64,000 nt of DNA, taken from an uncultured Opitutales bacterium. GTDB taxonomy: Bacteria; Verrucomicrobiota; Verrucomicrobiia; Opitutales; UBA9783. The stretch spans positions 536,880-600,879 of the forward strand of contig CAKUSQ010000001.1 of the NCBI GenBank assembly GCA_934691225.1, written 5' to 3'. The notes below the pieces were generated by a model. The model saw nothing but the letters and a program-made list of their open reading frames with translations, ran no database searches and was not told where the DNA came from. The position numbers and the translations under genes are program-made. Shown in pieces: positions 26,836 through 36,294 of this stretch (the stretch's first letter is position 1; each line of letters begins with the position of its first letter).

Positions 26836-27462
26836 ATGGAAGATGATCAAAGAGAGCGTTTAGAGATTTCAAACAATGAAGATCTTGAATGGCTAGCTCG
26901 GTATAAGGCAGGAAATTCGCATGCGTTTAATTTTTTTGTTAAGAAGTATCAGTATCGGCTTTACCGTGTTATTTATAACATAACAAGTAATAAGGATGAC
27001 ACAGCAGACGTTTTACAAGAAGTTTTTGTGAGGGCTTTTCGTGCGATAGGAACTTTTAAAGGGCAAGCTTGTTTTTACACGTGGCTTTATAGGATAGCTG
27101 TAAATACTACATTAACTTTTTTAAAGAAAGTTAAGCGTTATCGTCCTATGAGTTTAGAAAGCTGGAATGAAGAAGAAAAAGTACCTGAAGGTATTTTTAA
27201 GGATACAACGGCGGAAAATGGAAATCGATCAACTTTATTAAAAGAATTGCAAGAAAAATTGAACGAAGCTCTACAAAAGTTGTCTTTAAAACATAGAACA
27301 GTCATTGTTTTATTTGAAATCGAAGGTATGAGTCATACGGAAATCGCAAAAATGCTGAATTGTTCTGAAGGAACCGTGAGGTCACGTTTGCATTATGCCA
27401 AAGAAGAATTGAAACATTTACTGTCTGAATATTTAAATGATTATGGAAGTACAAAAAATTGA
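26836..27462 (+). CDS. ECF (group 4) RNA polymerase sigma factor
   Basis: Region 2 is DTADVLQEVFVRAFRAIGTFKGQACFYTWLYRIAVNTTLTFLKK. Region 4 HTH is HRTVIVLFEIEGMSHTEIAKMLNCSEGTVRSRLHYAKEELK. Confidence 0.9.
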   Translation: MEDDQRERLEISNNEDLEWLARYKAGNSHAFNFFVKKYQYRLYRVIYNITSNKDDTADVLQEVFVRAFRAIGTFKGQACFYTWLYRIAVNTTLTFLKKVKRYRPMSLESWNEEEKVPEGIFKDTTAENGNRSTLLKELQEKLNEALQKLSLKHRTVIVLFEIEGMSHTEIAKMLNCSEGTVRSRLHYAKEELKHLLSEYLNDYGSTKN

Positions 27463-27838
27463 TGTAGAATCACTGATTCGATTAAAGCGTAATGAAATGC
27501 CCAATGAGGCTTTTTGGGATGAATTTGATCATCAATTGCAATTGCGTTTAGCGAATGAGATGGTTGTCGCTAAAGATACCGTATGGAATCGCTTAAGCTA
27601 TTGGATACGTCGTTTTGTGCCGTTAGCTTCCGGTTGTGCTTTGGCAGTGCTTTTGATAGTTTCATTTGTAAAACCTTCGGGAATGTCACGATATGTCGTT
27701 CTTTCCAATCCAGCTTCTGTGGAAGAATGTTCACGATCGGTATTAACCTCATCGTTTTATGAGGATGGCGTACCCATGAAAAGTGTTATACAAAAGAAAA
27801 TGATTGCATCCAATGTCGCAAATTGTTTTTCTTTCTAA
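27437..27838 (+). CDS. Single-pass membrane protein, probable cognate anti-sigma factor (non-ZAS)
   Basis: It overlaps the 3' end of the sigma gene. A short cytoplasmic N-terminal helix is followed by one TM helix (FVPLASGCALAVLLIVSFV) and a small periplasmic tail. There is no HxxxCxxC motif. The call is by position and topology. Confidence 0.55.
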   Translation: MIMEVQKIDVESLIRLKRNEMPNEAFWDEFDHQLQLRLANEMVVAKDTVWNRLSYWIRRFVPLASGCALAVLLIVSFVKPSGMSRYVVLSNPASVEECSRSVLTSSFYEDGVPMKSVIQKKMIASNVANCFSF

Positions 27839-27841
27839 GTA

Positions 27842-28897
27842 ATGCAGTTAAATTGTAAACGTTATCGCTTTGTTTTAGGTTGTTTTAGCTTGTTGTGGGT
27901 TTCATTGATTTGTACGAGCCTGCAAGCATCTTCTGAGGAAGAGGTAATAAACAAACTTCCATTGGCTGGTCATGAGCATCAGGTTCCCCAAAAAGAAGTG
28001 ATGAAGGATTCTCTTGGGGAAGAAAAGGTTGGGAAATTATCTTTACCAAAGTTATATGAGAAATTAAGTCCGTATGTGGTTAAAGTAAAATGTCTAGTGG
28101 ATGGAAGCTCTAAGTTAGTAAGCGGTTTTTTTGTAAGCCAAGAAGGGCATGTGTTAGCGCCTATTTTGAATGGAAAAGATTTTTGTATAGAAACAGTCCA
28201 TGGGCAGGTATTTAGAGCAGAAAAGTTGGGTGAGGATAGCGTGACTTCCATTTGCCTTTTAAAAACAAAATTAACGAAGCAGACGGTGCCTTATTTTTCA
28301 CTCGTTCGATCAATTTGTCAACTTTCTATAGGTCAGACAGTTGTAAGTTTGTCATGTAAGCTAGGCCTAAATATTTCCCCCCAATTGGGATATGTTACGG
28401 GTTTTAATGATCGTTATTTTAAATTTGAATGGCCTATGACATTTGTAAGAACTTCATTGCGTATCGATGGTGGAGATTGTGGGGGTGCTGTTCTGAATGA
28501 ACAGGGTTCTTTTTTGGGTATGTTATTGCACGCATTGCAAGATTCACAAGAGACTTTTTTTATGCCAGTTACAGGTTTGTATAAAATTTTTCAGGATCTA
28601 TTGTTGCATGGTCGTGTTCGTTATGGATTTGTTGGCGTAAATACGCAGGTTGTTTTCGATAATAAGTATAAAAGAACTTGTTTGCAGGTTGTAAAAGTGC
28701 ATGCGTTGTCGCCTGCTGAAAAGGCTGGGTTAAAAGAAGGTGACATTTTGTTAGCTGTCAACGATAGCGATATTGATTCTATTGGAAATTTCAAAGATTC
28801 TATGTTTTTATCAAATCCAGGTGATATTGTATTTATAAAATATCTCAGAGATGATAAAGAATGTGTTGTTCGATTAGAAATCGGTGAAAAATCATAA
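27842..28897 (+). CDS. Secreted HtrA/DegS-like trypsin-fold + PDZ protein with non-canonical (probably inactive) catalytic triad
   Basis: It has a signal peptide (FSLLWVSLICTSLQASS). The trypsin-fold blocks align with DegP. VSGFFVSQEGHVLAPILNG aligns with GSGVII..GYVVTNNHVV, so the His is lost. SICLLKT aligns with SDIALIQI, so the Asp is lost. DGGDCGGAVLN aligns with GNSGGALVN, giving Ser->Cys. The C-terminal PDZ is intact (GFVGVN...SPAEKAGLKEGDILLAVN). Confidence 0.75.
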   Translation: MQLNCKRYRFVLGCFSLLWVSLICTSLQASSEEEVINKLPLAGHEHQVPQKEVMKDSLGEEKVGKLSLPKLYEKLSPYVVKVKCLVDGSSKLVSGFFVSQEGHVLAPILNGKDFCIETVHGQVFRAEKLGEDSVTSICLLKTKLTKQTVPYFSLVRSICQLSIGQTVVSLSCKLGLNISPQLGYVTGFNDRYFKFEWPMTFVRTSLRIDGGDCGGAVLNEQGSFLGMLLHALQDSQETFFMPVTGLYKIFQDLLLHGRVRYGFVGVNTQVVFDNKYKRTCLQVVKVHALSPAEKAGLKEGDILLAVNDSDIDSIGNFKDSMFLSNPGDIVFIKYLRDDKECVVRLEIGEKS

Positions 28898-28955
28898 TGT
28901 TTCTTTTGATTTTAGTTGCTAAAAAAAACAAATATCCCCATCATTATATAACGTC

Positions 28956-29417
28956 ATGAAAGTTCAAGAACTGCAAGAAATTGTTAAGTTAATGGAAAAC
29001 TCAGGAATTGCTGAGTTAAGTCTTGAAGAAGAAAATTTGAAGTTATCGCTAAAGCGAGAGATTAAAACGCCAGCGGTTATTGCGGTTCCACAAGCGCCGG
29101 TAGCGGTTGCTGCACCTTTGGCTAGTCCAACCACTCCTGTTGTACCTTCCGCCAATGTACCTATGGAAGATGCAAATGTATTTATTGTTAAATCACCTAT
29201 GGTAGGTACATTTTATTCAGCACCTTCGCCGGATAGTGCTCCTTTTGTAACAGAAGGGGATCATGTTTCTAATGACACAGTGGTTTGTATTTTGGAAGCT
29301 ATGAAGGTAATGAACGAAATTCATGCTGAGTGTTCAGGAAAAATTACAGAGGTTTTGGTAAAGAGTGGTACCCCGGTGGAATATGGTCAGCCTTTGTTTA
29401 AAGTCCAACTAGGTTAA
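28956..29417 (+). CDS. accB: Biotin carboxyl carrier protein of acetyl-CoA carboxylase
   Basis: Ala/Pro-rich linker and the biotinylation motif [11 protein letters not shown]. Confidence 0.93.
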   Translation: MKVQELQEIVKLMENSGIAELSLEEENLKLSLKREIKTPAVIAVPQAPVAVAAPLASPTTPVVPSANVPMEDANVFIVKSPMVGTFYSAPSPDSAPFVTEGDHVSNDTVVCILEAMKVMNEIHAECSGKITEVLVKSGTPVEYGQPLFKVQLG

Positions 29418-29419
29418 TT

Positions 29420-30790
29420 ATGATTCGCAAGATTTTAATTGCTAACCGAGGAGAAATTGCACTGCGAGTAGTTCGTGCTTGCCGAGAACTTGGAATAAAA
29501 ACATTAGCTGTTTATTCAGAGGCAGATGAACAATCTTTACCAGTACAGTTAGCAGATGAAGCTATTTGCATTGGGCCTGCACCTGCATTTCAAAGTTATT
29601 TGAAGGCAGATCGTATCTTGAGTGCGGCTGAATTAGGAGATGTCGATGCAATACATCCAGGGTATGGATTTTTATCAGAAAATGCTACATTCGCAGAGCA
29701 ATGTGAATCATGCAAATTGAAATTTATTGGACCTTCTTCTAAAACCATTCGTTTAATGGGAGACAAAGTTTTAGCTCGTCAAATGGCTATTAAGGCAGGT
29801 GTTCCGACAGTTCCTGGAAGTAAAGATGCTATTGTTGATGAGAAAGAGGGGTTGAAAGTTGCTAATGCAATCGGTTATCCGGTCATTATTAAAGCTTCTG
29901 CAGGAGGGGGAGGTAAAGGTATGCGTATTGCGCATAATGCGGTTGCTTTTACTAAGGAATTTCGTACGGCACAAATTGAAGCGGAAAAAGCATTTAATAA
30001 TGGAGCGGTTTATGTAGAAAAATACATTGAAGAGCCGCGTCACATAGAGTTTCAGGTTTTAGCGGATGCTTATGGACATGTAATTCATTTAGGAGAAAGA
30101 GATTGTTCTTTACAGCGTCGTTATCAAAAATTAGTGGAAGAGGCACCTTCGAGTTTTTTGGATGATTCGTTGCGCGAAAAAATGGGGAAAGCTGCCATTC
30201 AGTTGGCACGTGAGTGTCAGTATGAAGGTGTAGGTACGTTAGAATTTTTGGTGGATAAGCATGGTAATTTCTATTTTATAGAGATGAACACGCGTATTCA
30301 GGTTGAGCATACGGTTACTGAAGAAGCGATGGGTATTGATTTAGTTAAATGGCAGATTCGGGTGGCTAATGGTGAACATTTGACCTTAAAGCAGGAAGAT
30401 ATCTTTTGTAAATGCCACGCGATTGAGTGTCGTATCAATGCGGAAGATCCTGAGAAGGATTTTATGCCGTGTCCAGGGCATATTGATTTTTATTATGCTC
30501 CAGGTGGTAAAGGTGTGCGTATTGATTCGCATGTATATGGAGATTATTCAATTCCTCCGTACTATGATAGCATGATTGGTAAGTTGATTGTGACCGGAGA
30601 TACGCGTGCAGAAGCGATTGATCGTATGCATCGAGCTTTAAATGAATACCTTGTTCATGGCATAAAGACGACAGTTCCTTTGTGCAAAAAGATTATGTTG
30701 GATCCTGTCTATCGTGAAGGTAAGATCACAACAAAATATATGGAGACTTTTTTAAACAGAATTCAGGAGAAAGGGGACATTCAAAAATGA
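29420..30790 (+). CDS. accC: Biotin carboxylase subunit of acetyl-CoA carboxylase
   Basis: [26 protein letters not shown], an ATP-grasp core (GGGGKGMRI), and [10 protein letters not shown]. Confidence 0.95.
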   Translation: MIRKILIANRGEIALRVVRACRELGIKTLAVYSEADEQSLPVQLADEAICIGPAPAFQSYLKADRILSAAELGDVDAIHPGYGFLSENATFAEQCESCKLKFIGPSSKTIRLMGDKVLARQMAIKAGVPTVPGSKDAIVDEKEGLKVANAIGYPVIIKASAGGGGKGMRIAHNAVAFTKEFRTAQIEAEKAFNNGAVYVEKYIEEPRHIEFQVLADAYGHVIHLGERDCSLQRRYQKLVEEAPSSFLDDSLREKMGKAAIQLARECQYEGVGTLEFLVDKHGNFYFIEMNTRIQVEHTVTEEAMGIDLVKWQIRVANGEHLTLKQEDIFCKCHAIECRINAEDPEKDFMPCPGHIDFYYAPGGKGVRIDSHVYGDYSIPPYYDSMIGKLIVTGDTRAEAIDRMHRALNEYLVHGIKTTVPLCKKIMLDPVYREGKITTKYMETFLNRIQEKGDIQK

Positions 30791-31230
30791 CAGGAGAAAT
30801 TAAGGATGGGGTTGATGTAAAAGTGCCATTTCCCAAAAGTAACCATCAAGCGGTTATGGGGGATATAAAAATTAATCATAGTGTTGTTGCTAATATTGTT
30901 CGTTTAGCTGCGCAGCAAGTAGAAGGTGTACATTCTGTTGGCGGTGGTTTTGTTGAGGGTATTGCAGAAATTTTTTCGAAGAAGGATTCAGAGCGAGGTG
31001 TTCGTGTTTCTGAAAATGAAGTAGGTGAGTACGAAATCGAAGTTAAAGTAAATTTGATGTTTGGGTATGAATTAGCTAGAGTAGGTGCAAGTATACAGAG
31101 GAGCATAGCTGAACATGTTTTGCGAATGACTATGAAGCCCGTTGATCGTGTGGATGTAATTATCGATGGAGTAAAAACGGAAGCACCTACAAATCCTAAA
31201 ACAGAAAATAATTCGGATATAGAAGCTTAA
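30787..31230 (+). CDS. Asp23/Gls24-family (alkaline shock protein-like) protein
   Basis: [25 protein letters not shown]...[23 protein letters not shown] matches the Asp23/DUF322 pattern. An ATGA overlap joins it to accC. Confidence 0.7.
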   Translation: MTGEIKDGVDVKVPFPKSNHQAVMGDIKINHSVVANIVRLAAQQVEGVHSVGGGFVEGIAEIFSKKDSERGVRVSENEVGEYEIEVKVNLMFGYELARVGASIQRSIAEHVLRMTMKPVDRVDVIIDGVKTEAPTNPKTENNSDIEA

Positions 31231-31236
31231 TTAGGT

Positions 31237-31704
31237 ATGTTTTTTGATATAAAAACTTTCTTTTTTACACTATTTGACCTGTGTGTTCAATATAAGGAAC
31301 GAGTATTATTAGGAATAGGTTTGGGGATTGTTTTTTATGTGGTTCATCGATTGCGTTTAAGAAACGTGCCAATTAAAACTTCTTCAAATGAATTAGGGGA
31401 ATTGTTTGTTACTCGTAATGCGGTCATTTATTTGATAAATGATGTTAGTGCAGCTATGCATTTGGGGCAAATAATGCGCATAAAATTGTTTGATAAGAAA
31501 AATTTATTGCGTGTAAAGTTGTATGTTCGTCTTTATGCAAATCAATCTTTTGATGCTGTATCGATGGAATTTCAGCAGCGTATACAACAAAGTATCGCTA
31601 AATGTCTTGGAATTGTAAAAAATGTACGTGTGGATGTGATTTTACATTCCATGGAAAAAATTAAATCTTCTGATGATGATAAGAAAGTGACTTTAGGAGA
31701 GTAA
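31237..31704 (+). CDS. Small membrane protein, possible Asp23 membrane anchor (AmaP-like)
   Basis: An N-terminal TM helix (VLLGIGLGIVFYVV) is followed by an Asp23-like alternating beta pattern (LRVKLYVRLYANQSFDAVSMEFQQRIQQSIAKCLGI..VRVDVIL). Assigned by architecture and position. Confidence 0.4.
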   Translation: MFFDIKTFFFTLFDLCVQYKERVLLGIGLGIVFYVVHRLRLRNVPIKTSSNELGELFVTRNAVIYLINDVSAAMHLGQIMRIKLFDKKNLLRVKLYVRLYANQSFDAVSMEFQQRIQQSIAKCLGIVKNVRVDVILHSMEKIKSSDDDKKVTLGE

Positions 31705-31706
31705 AA

Positions 31707-32702
31707 ATGGAAAATAATGAAAGAAAAGTTATTGTAACGGGAGCACAACCTACAGGGATGTTTCACCTGGGAAATTATTTAGGGGCTGTGAAGAATTGGC
31801 GTCCGTTGCAGCACGATTATGAATGCTTTTTTTTCATTCCTAATTTACACTCTATGACGTGCCCACCGTATGTTCCTTCTGAACTGCGAAAGAATACGTA
31901 TAGTTTGTTGGCGCAGTATTTAGCATGCGGGTTAGATCCTAAAATAAGTCATTTATTCGTGCAATCAGAAATTGTGGGTCATACCGAACTTGCCTGGGCG
32001 TTGAGTTGTATTACGCCAGTCGGACAATTGTTTCGCATGACGCAATTTAAGGCAAAGAGCGAAGATAAAGACTTTGTTGGCAGTGGTTTACTTTTTTATC
32101 CTGTTTTGATGGCCGCAGATATTTTGCTTTACAATGCAGATTGTGTTCCGGTTGGAGAAGATCAAAAGCAGCATGTTGAGTTGACGCGTGATTTGGCTTT
32201 GAAATTTAATCAGACATATTCAGATACGTTCGTATTGCCGGAGCCTTATATATTAAAAACGTGTGCGCGGGTTTATTCGTTACAGAATCCACAAAAGAAA
32301 ATGTCCAAATCAGATAAAGATAAGAAAGGTACGGTGTTGTTGTTCGAGTCAGTTGATGAAATCCGCAAAAAATTTAAGTCAGCTGTGACAGATTCAGGTT
32401 CTGGAATTTATTGTAGTGAAGATAAACCGGGTATTACAAATTTAATTGAAATTTTATCAGCCATAACCGATCGTTCTATTCATGAAGTGGAAGAGGCGTA
32501 TCAGAATTATAATTATGGAGATTTCAAAAATTGTGTTGCTGAAGCCGTTATTGAACACTTAAAGCCGTTGCAAGCAATGTATTTTGATTTGATGAAAAAT
32601 CAGGATTACCTGTGTGCCGTTTTGGAAGAAGGTAAACGTGTAGCCCAAGAACGTGCTTCTCGAATGATGTCAAAGGTTTACAAAAAAATTGGCATGATTT
32701 AA
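31707..32702 (+). CDS. trpS: Tryptophanyl-tRNA synthetase
   Basis: GAQPTGMFHLGNYLGA (HIGH-type) and KMSKSD motifs, 331 aa. Confidence 0.93.
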   Translation: MENNERKVIVTGAQPTGMFHLGNYLGAVKNWRPLQHDYECFFFIPNLHSMTCPPYVPSELRKNTYSLLAQYLACGLDPKISHLFVQSEIVGHTELAWALSCITPVGQLFRMTQFKAKSEDKDFVGSGLLFYPVLMAADILLYNADCVPVGEDQKQHVELTRDLALKFNQTYSDTFVLPEPYILKTCARVYSLQNPQKKMSKSDKDKKGTVLLFESVDEIRKKFKSAVTDSGSGIYCSEDKPGITNLIEILSAITDRSIHEVEEAYQNYNYGDFKNCVAEAVIEHLKPLQAMYFDLMKNQDYLCAVLEEGKRVAQERASRMMSKVYKKIGMI

Positions 32703-32703
32703 G

Positions 32704-33159
32704 ATGAAGAAGAAAACTTCGGGTTTTACAGTCATTGAATTGTTGGTTGTTTTAGTAGTTGTGTCAGTACTTATGGGTGCTGTGTTTCCATTAGGCAGCC
32801 AATTAAGAAAAAAAGCTTTGTTGTTGTCAAAAAAGACGGATGCTTTGCGTTTTCAAGCGGCTTTTATGGATTATTTTCAGCAATATCACCATTACCCTGA
32901 ATGTTTCCCAATAGATTCATGGTTTGATTTATCTTTGTATTTTCAAAAATTCGTAAGAGAATTTTCTGGCAATCAAGCAACAGAAGATAATCCAGAAAGT
33001 GTTCAATTTTGTACCTTCACAGCACAAGAATTGGCAACTTTAAAAGTAGAATCTATGCATTTTTTCTTGTGCATTGATACTACACCGCTTCAAGCTAGCC
33101 AAGTTTTAGATTATAAAAAGGAAATTTTTGGAACACGTGTGTTGTTTTACGTTGATTAG
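32704..33159 (+). CDS. Prepilin-type N-terminal cleavage/methylation-domain protein (pseudopilin-like), divergent C-terminal domain
   Basis: MKKKTSG|FTVIELLVVLVVVSVLMGAVF is the classic G/FTxxE prepilin peptidase site with a hydrophobic helix. The remainder is unassignable. Confidence 0.75.
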   Translation: MKKKTSGFTVIELLVVLVVVSVLMGAVFPLGSQLRKKALLLSKKTDALRFQAAFMDYFQQYHHYPECFPIDSWFDLSLYFQKFVREFSGNQATEDNPESVQFCTFTAQELATLKVESMHFFLCIDTTPLQASQVLDYKKEIFGTRVLFYVD

Positions 33160-33183
33160 CAATGCATAATTTATGCATTGCTA
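33157..33183. terminator. Bidirectional hairpin terminator between convergent genes
   Basis: TAGCAATGCATA-att-TATGCATTGCTA is a perfect 12-bp stem followed by cctttattttt. It lies between the pseudopilin-like gene stop and the tpiA stop. Confidence 0.65.
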
Positions 33184-33186
33184 CCT

Positions 33187-33948
33187 TTATTTTTGGATGT
33201 TATCAGCGATTTCAGCGATTTCAACGAATGATTTTGGAGCTAAAGAAGCACCTCCAATAAGGCCGCCGTCGATATCAGGTTGCATGAGTAATTCCTTTGC
33301 ATTGCTAGCTTTTAGAGATCCTCCATACAACAAACGTATTTGCTGAGCTGTCTTGCTACCAAAGGTTTGTTCAAGCCACGAACGAATGAATTTATGAATT
33401 TCTTGAGCAAGTTCTGGAGTAGCTGTTTTCCCGGTTCCAATAGCCCAAATAGGTTCATAAGCGATTGTTACATTTATCATTTGCTCATGGGACAAAGATT
33501 TCAATGAAAGTTCTAGTTCTTCGCGAATGACATCGTGTGTACGTTGTTGATCTCTTTGTTCAAGCGTTTCTCCAACACATAAAATAGGTTTTAAGTGTTG
33601 TTGGAGCAGTGCATGGATTTTTTCATTTATGAATGCATTGCTTTCGTTCAATAAAGTTCTGCGTTCACTGTGCCCAACAATAACGTAAGATACAAATTCT
33701 GCTAACATTTCAGGTGAAATTTCGCCTGTAAAAGCCCCTGATATTTTCGGGTATACATTTTGAGCGCCGAGTGCAATACAGCTTTTATTGGTATTGAAAG
33801 CGATTGGTAAGGATGTGAATGTTGGACAAATAAGCAGTTCACTTTTTAAAGGGTGCGATAGCAAAGATTTTAATTGCTCAAAGAAAAGTTTTGTTTCCTG
33901 AGCAGTTTTGTTCATTTTCCAATTTCCTGCGATTAAAAAACGTCTCAT
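33187..33948 (-). CDS. tpiA: Triosephosphate isomerase
   Basis: IAGNWKMN, VGHSERR and YEPIWAIGTGKTA motifs. Confidence 0.95.
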   Translation of the reverse strand: MRRFLIAGNWKMNKTAQETKLFFEQLKSLLSHPLKSELLICPTFTSLPIAFNTNKSCIALGAQNVYPKISGAFTGEISPEMLAEFVSYVIVGHSERRTLLNESNAFINEKIHALLQQHLKPILCVGETLEQRDQQRTHDVIREELELSLKSLSHEQMINVTIAYEPIWAIGTGKTATPELAQEIHKFIRSWLEQTFGSKTAQQIRLLYGGSLKASNAKELLMQPDIDGGLIGGASLAPKSFVEIAEIADNIQK

Positions 33949-35156
33949 TATTTCTCCTGTTTAAATTTTAATGCTTCTAGTCCAGGCAAAGGTTTGCCTT
34001 CTAACAATTGTAAACTGGCGCCTCCACCAGTACTTAAGAAGGTGATATCCTTTGAGTAACCACTTTGATGAATGGCTTTAACGCAATCACCTCCACCAAC
34101 GATAGTTGTGCCTTCGCACGCAGCCATGGCGTTAGCAATAGTATAACTTCCTTGCGCTGAGGCTTCAATTTCGAAGATGCCGACAGGGCCATTCCAGAGT
34201 ACTGTTTTAGAAGAACGGATCAATTGAACATATTTTTCAGCTGTTTTAGGTCCAATGTCTACACCTTCCCAGCCATCATCAATGTTCCCTTCAAAAACTT
34301 TTAATTCGCCTAAGGTTCGTTGATCGAAATCAATAGCGTTTGTGGCTACATTATCAATAGGAAGTTGTAAATCAACGCCTTTGTTTTTTGCTTTTTCAAG
34401 CAATTGCTTGGCTAATTCTATGTGGTCAGGTTCAACGCGGCTTTGCCCGACGGTTCTTCCTTGAGCTAATGCAAATGTGTAAGCCATTGCACCACCGATA
34501 AGAATGTGATCTGCTTTATCGATGATAGCGTCTATAACCCCCATTTTGTCACTGATTTTAGCGCCTCCAAGCACAACACAGAAAGGACGTTCAGGATGGT
34601 CAACTTTTTCACACAAAAATTCGAGTTCTTTTTCAATTAAAAATCCAACCGCTTTTTCTGCTACGAAAGGGACCATGCCTGCGGTTGATGCATGAGCTCG
34701 ATGTGCTGTTCCAAAAGCATCGTTAACATAAACGTCAGCTAATTTAGCAAGCGCTTTTGAAAATTCAATTTCATTGGCTTCTTCTTCCGCATGAAATCGC
34801 AAGTTTTCAAGTAAAACAATAGAATTTTCTGCCATTTCTTGAATGGAAGTTTCAACTTCTTGACCTACACAATCATCTAGAAATACGATAGGTTGATTGA
34901 GTAAAGTAGCTAAGGTTTCTGCTACCGGTCGCAAACTATACTTTTCGTTACGTTGTCCTTTGGGGCGTCCTAGGTGACTTGCAAGGATTACTTTAGCTCC
35001 TTTTTCTAATAAGTAGCGCAGGGTAGGTAATGCAGCTACAATACGTGTATCATCAGCAACATTTCCTTTTTCATTTAAAGGGACATTAAAATCCACGCGT
35101 ACAAAGACACGTTTCCCTTCAACATTTATATCCTTAATCGATTTGATCCCATTCAT
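33948..35156 (-). CDS. pgk: Phosphoglycerate kinase
   Basis: RVDFNVPL, SHLGRPKG, and the C-terminal STGGGASLQLLEGKPLPG. A 1-nt overlap with tpiA gives the pgk-tpiA operon. Confidence 0.95.
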   Translation of the reverse strand: MNGIKSIKDINVEGKRVFVRVDFNVPLNEKGNVADDTRIVAALPTLRYLLEKGAKVILASHLGRPKGQRNEKYSLRPVAETLATLLNQPIVFLDDCVGQEVETSIQEMAENSIVLLENLRFHAEEEANEIEFSKALAKLADVYVNDAFGTAHRAHASTAGMVPFVAEKAVGFLIEKELEFLCEKVDHPERPFCVVLGGAKISDKMGVIDAIIDKADHILIGGAMAYTFALAQGRTVGQSRVEPDHIELAKQLLEKAKNKGVDLQLPIDNVATNAIDFDQRTLGELKVFEGNIDDGWEGVDIGPKTAEKYVQLIRSSKTVLWNGPVGIFEIEASAQGSYTIANAMAACEGTTIVGGGDCVKAIHQSGYSKDITFLSTGGGASLQLLEGKPLPGLEALKFKQEK

Positions 35157-35259
35157 GTTTATAGGTTACGCTATTTAGCCAATAAAGTGAAGTTATTTTT
35201 TGTTTCTTTTTTATAATGAAAAGATGTTTTTGTAGAAAAGAGAGGGTTTAAGATTTGTT

Positions 35260-36294
35260 TTATTTGAAAAAACGTACGAGTGATTCCATCCATGCACAGG
35301 ATTTTTGGGGATAAGTTAGGATTTTATCGAAAATATCTATAAAACTACATTGCAATTCTAGAAGTGTTTGAAGCGAAAACGGGATATTTAATCGACTCAA
35401 GTACCATGGGTTTTGGGAAAAAACACAAAAGGTATTTTTTTCTTGAATAGGTCCAAAAACATTTTCATAAGTACAATAATGTTCATCCAGTGTTTTTTTT
35501 GAAATAGCGGGTAGATTTAAAGCGGATAATTGTATAAGTAAACGATTTCGGTTTTGCATCATTGTAAGTACACTGCGCATTTCTTTATTGATTAAGAAAT
35601 GATTGCGTAAACTTCGAATATAACGCGTTTCATCTTTAATATAGAAGGCTTCAACTGGTTCAAAAAATTCATCGTTAGGTAATGTAGGTGTGTATTTTGT
35701 AACATCTTCTAAGCTTATTTCCCCTGTAAAGTTCTTTAAACACGCTAATTTTTCGAATTCATTAGCAATGGTACGAGGTTGATGATTTAGTTTTTGTGTT
35801 AATAAATTGATTGCGGCTGGTTGAATTGTAACCCCTTGTTCTTGGCATAGTTTTTTTATTAAGAATTGCAAATAACTGTCAAAATTTTTATCCTCAAGTT
35901 CTTCGCAAATGGCTAAGCTTTGGAAATTTTTGAATAAACGTGTACGTTTGTCTACGGAAGTAGCCGAAATAAAGAGATGTACGTCGTTAGATAATTTCTC
36001 CATGGTATGGAACCATGCTTCAATATAAGTTTGTCCTCCTTCTGTTAAGGCTGGACTGCCATGACTAAAAAAATTAGTGGATCGAAGCCAAACGCACTTT
36101 TGAGTGGAAAAAAAATCCATCGTTTGTAAACTCTCAGTGAGATTTTGAAGCGTACGTTTTAAATCTGCGATGGTTGTAACAGAGCCATCTATGACTTCGA
36201 GCGGTAGATTTTGGTAGGTTTTTAATTGTTTTTTTGTTTTTAAATCAACAAAAAATTCGTCTGTGCCAAAAATAAGATGAATATTGGTTTTCAT
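35260..36294 (-). CDS. holA: DNA polymerase III delta subunit
   Basis: The N-terminal IHLIFGTDEFFV (compare vyLlyGeEefl), the 344-aa length and the all-helical C-terminus fit. A 4-nt overlap joins it to lpxK. The motif match is modest. Confidence 0.6.
   Translation of the reverse strand: MKTNIHLIFGTDEFFVDLKTKKQLKTYQNLPLEVIDGSVTTIADLKRTLQNLTESLQTMDFFSTQKCVWLRSTNFFSHGSPALTEGGQTYIEAWFHTMEKLSNDVHLFISATSVDKRTRLFKNFQSLAICEELEDKNFDSYLQFLIKKLCQEQGVTIQPAAINLLTQKLNHQPRTIANEFEKLACLKNFTGEISLEDVTKYTPTLPNDEFFEPVEAFYIKDETRYIRSLRNHFLINKEMRSVLTMMQNRNRLLIQLSALNLPAISKKTLDEHYCTYENVFGPIQEKNTFCVFSQNPWYLSRLNIPFSLQTLLELQCSFIDIFDKILTYPQKSCAWMESLVRFFK

Noticed and set aside
29771-30209. Antisense ORFs within accC
   Set aside because: Shadow ORFs inside a highly conserved gene.
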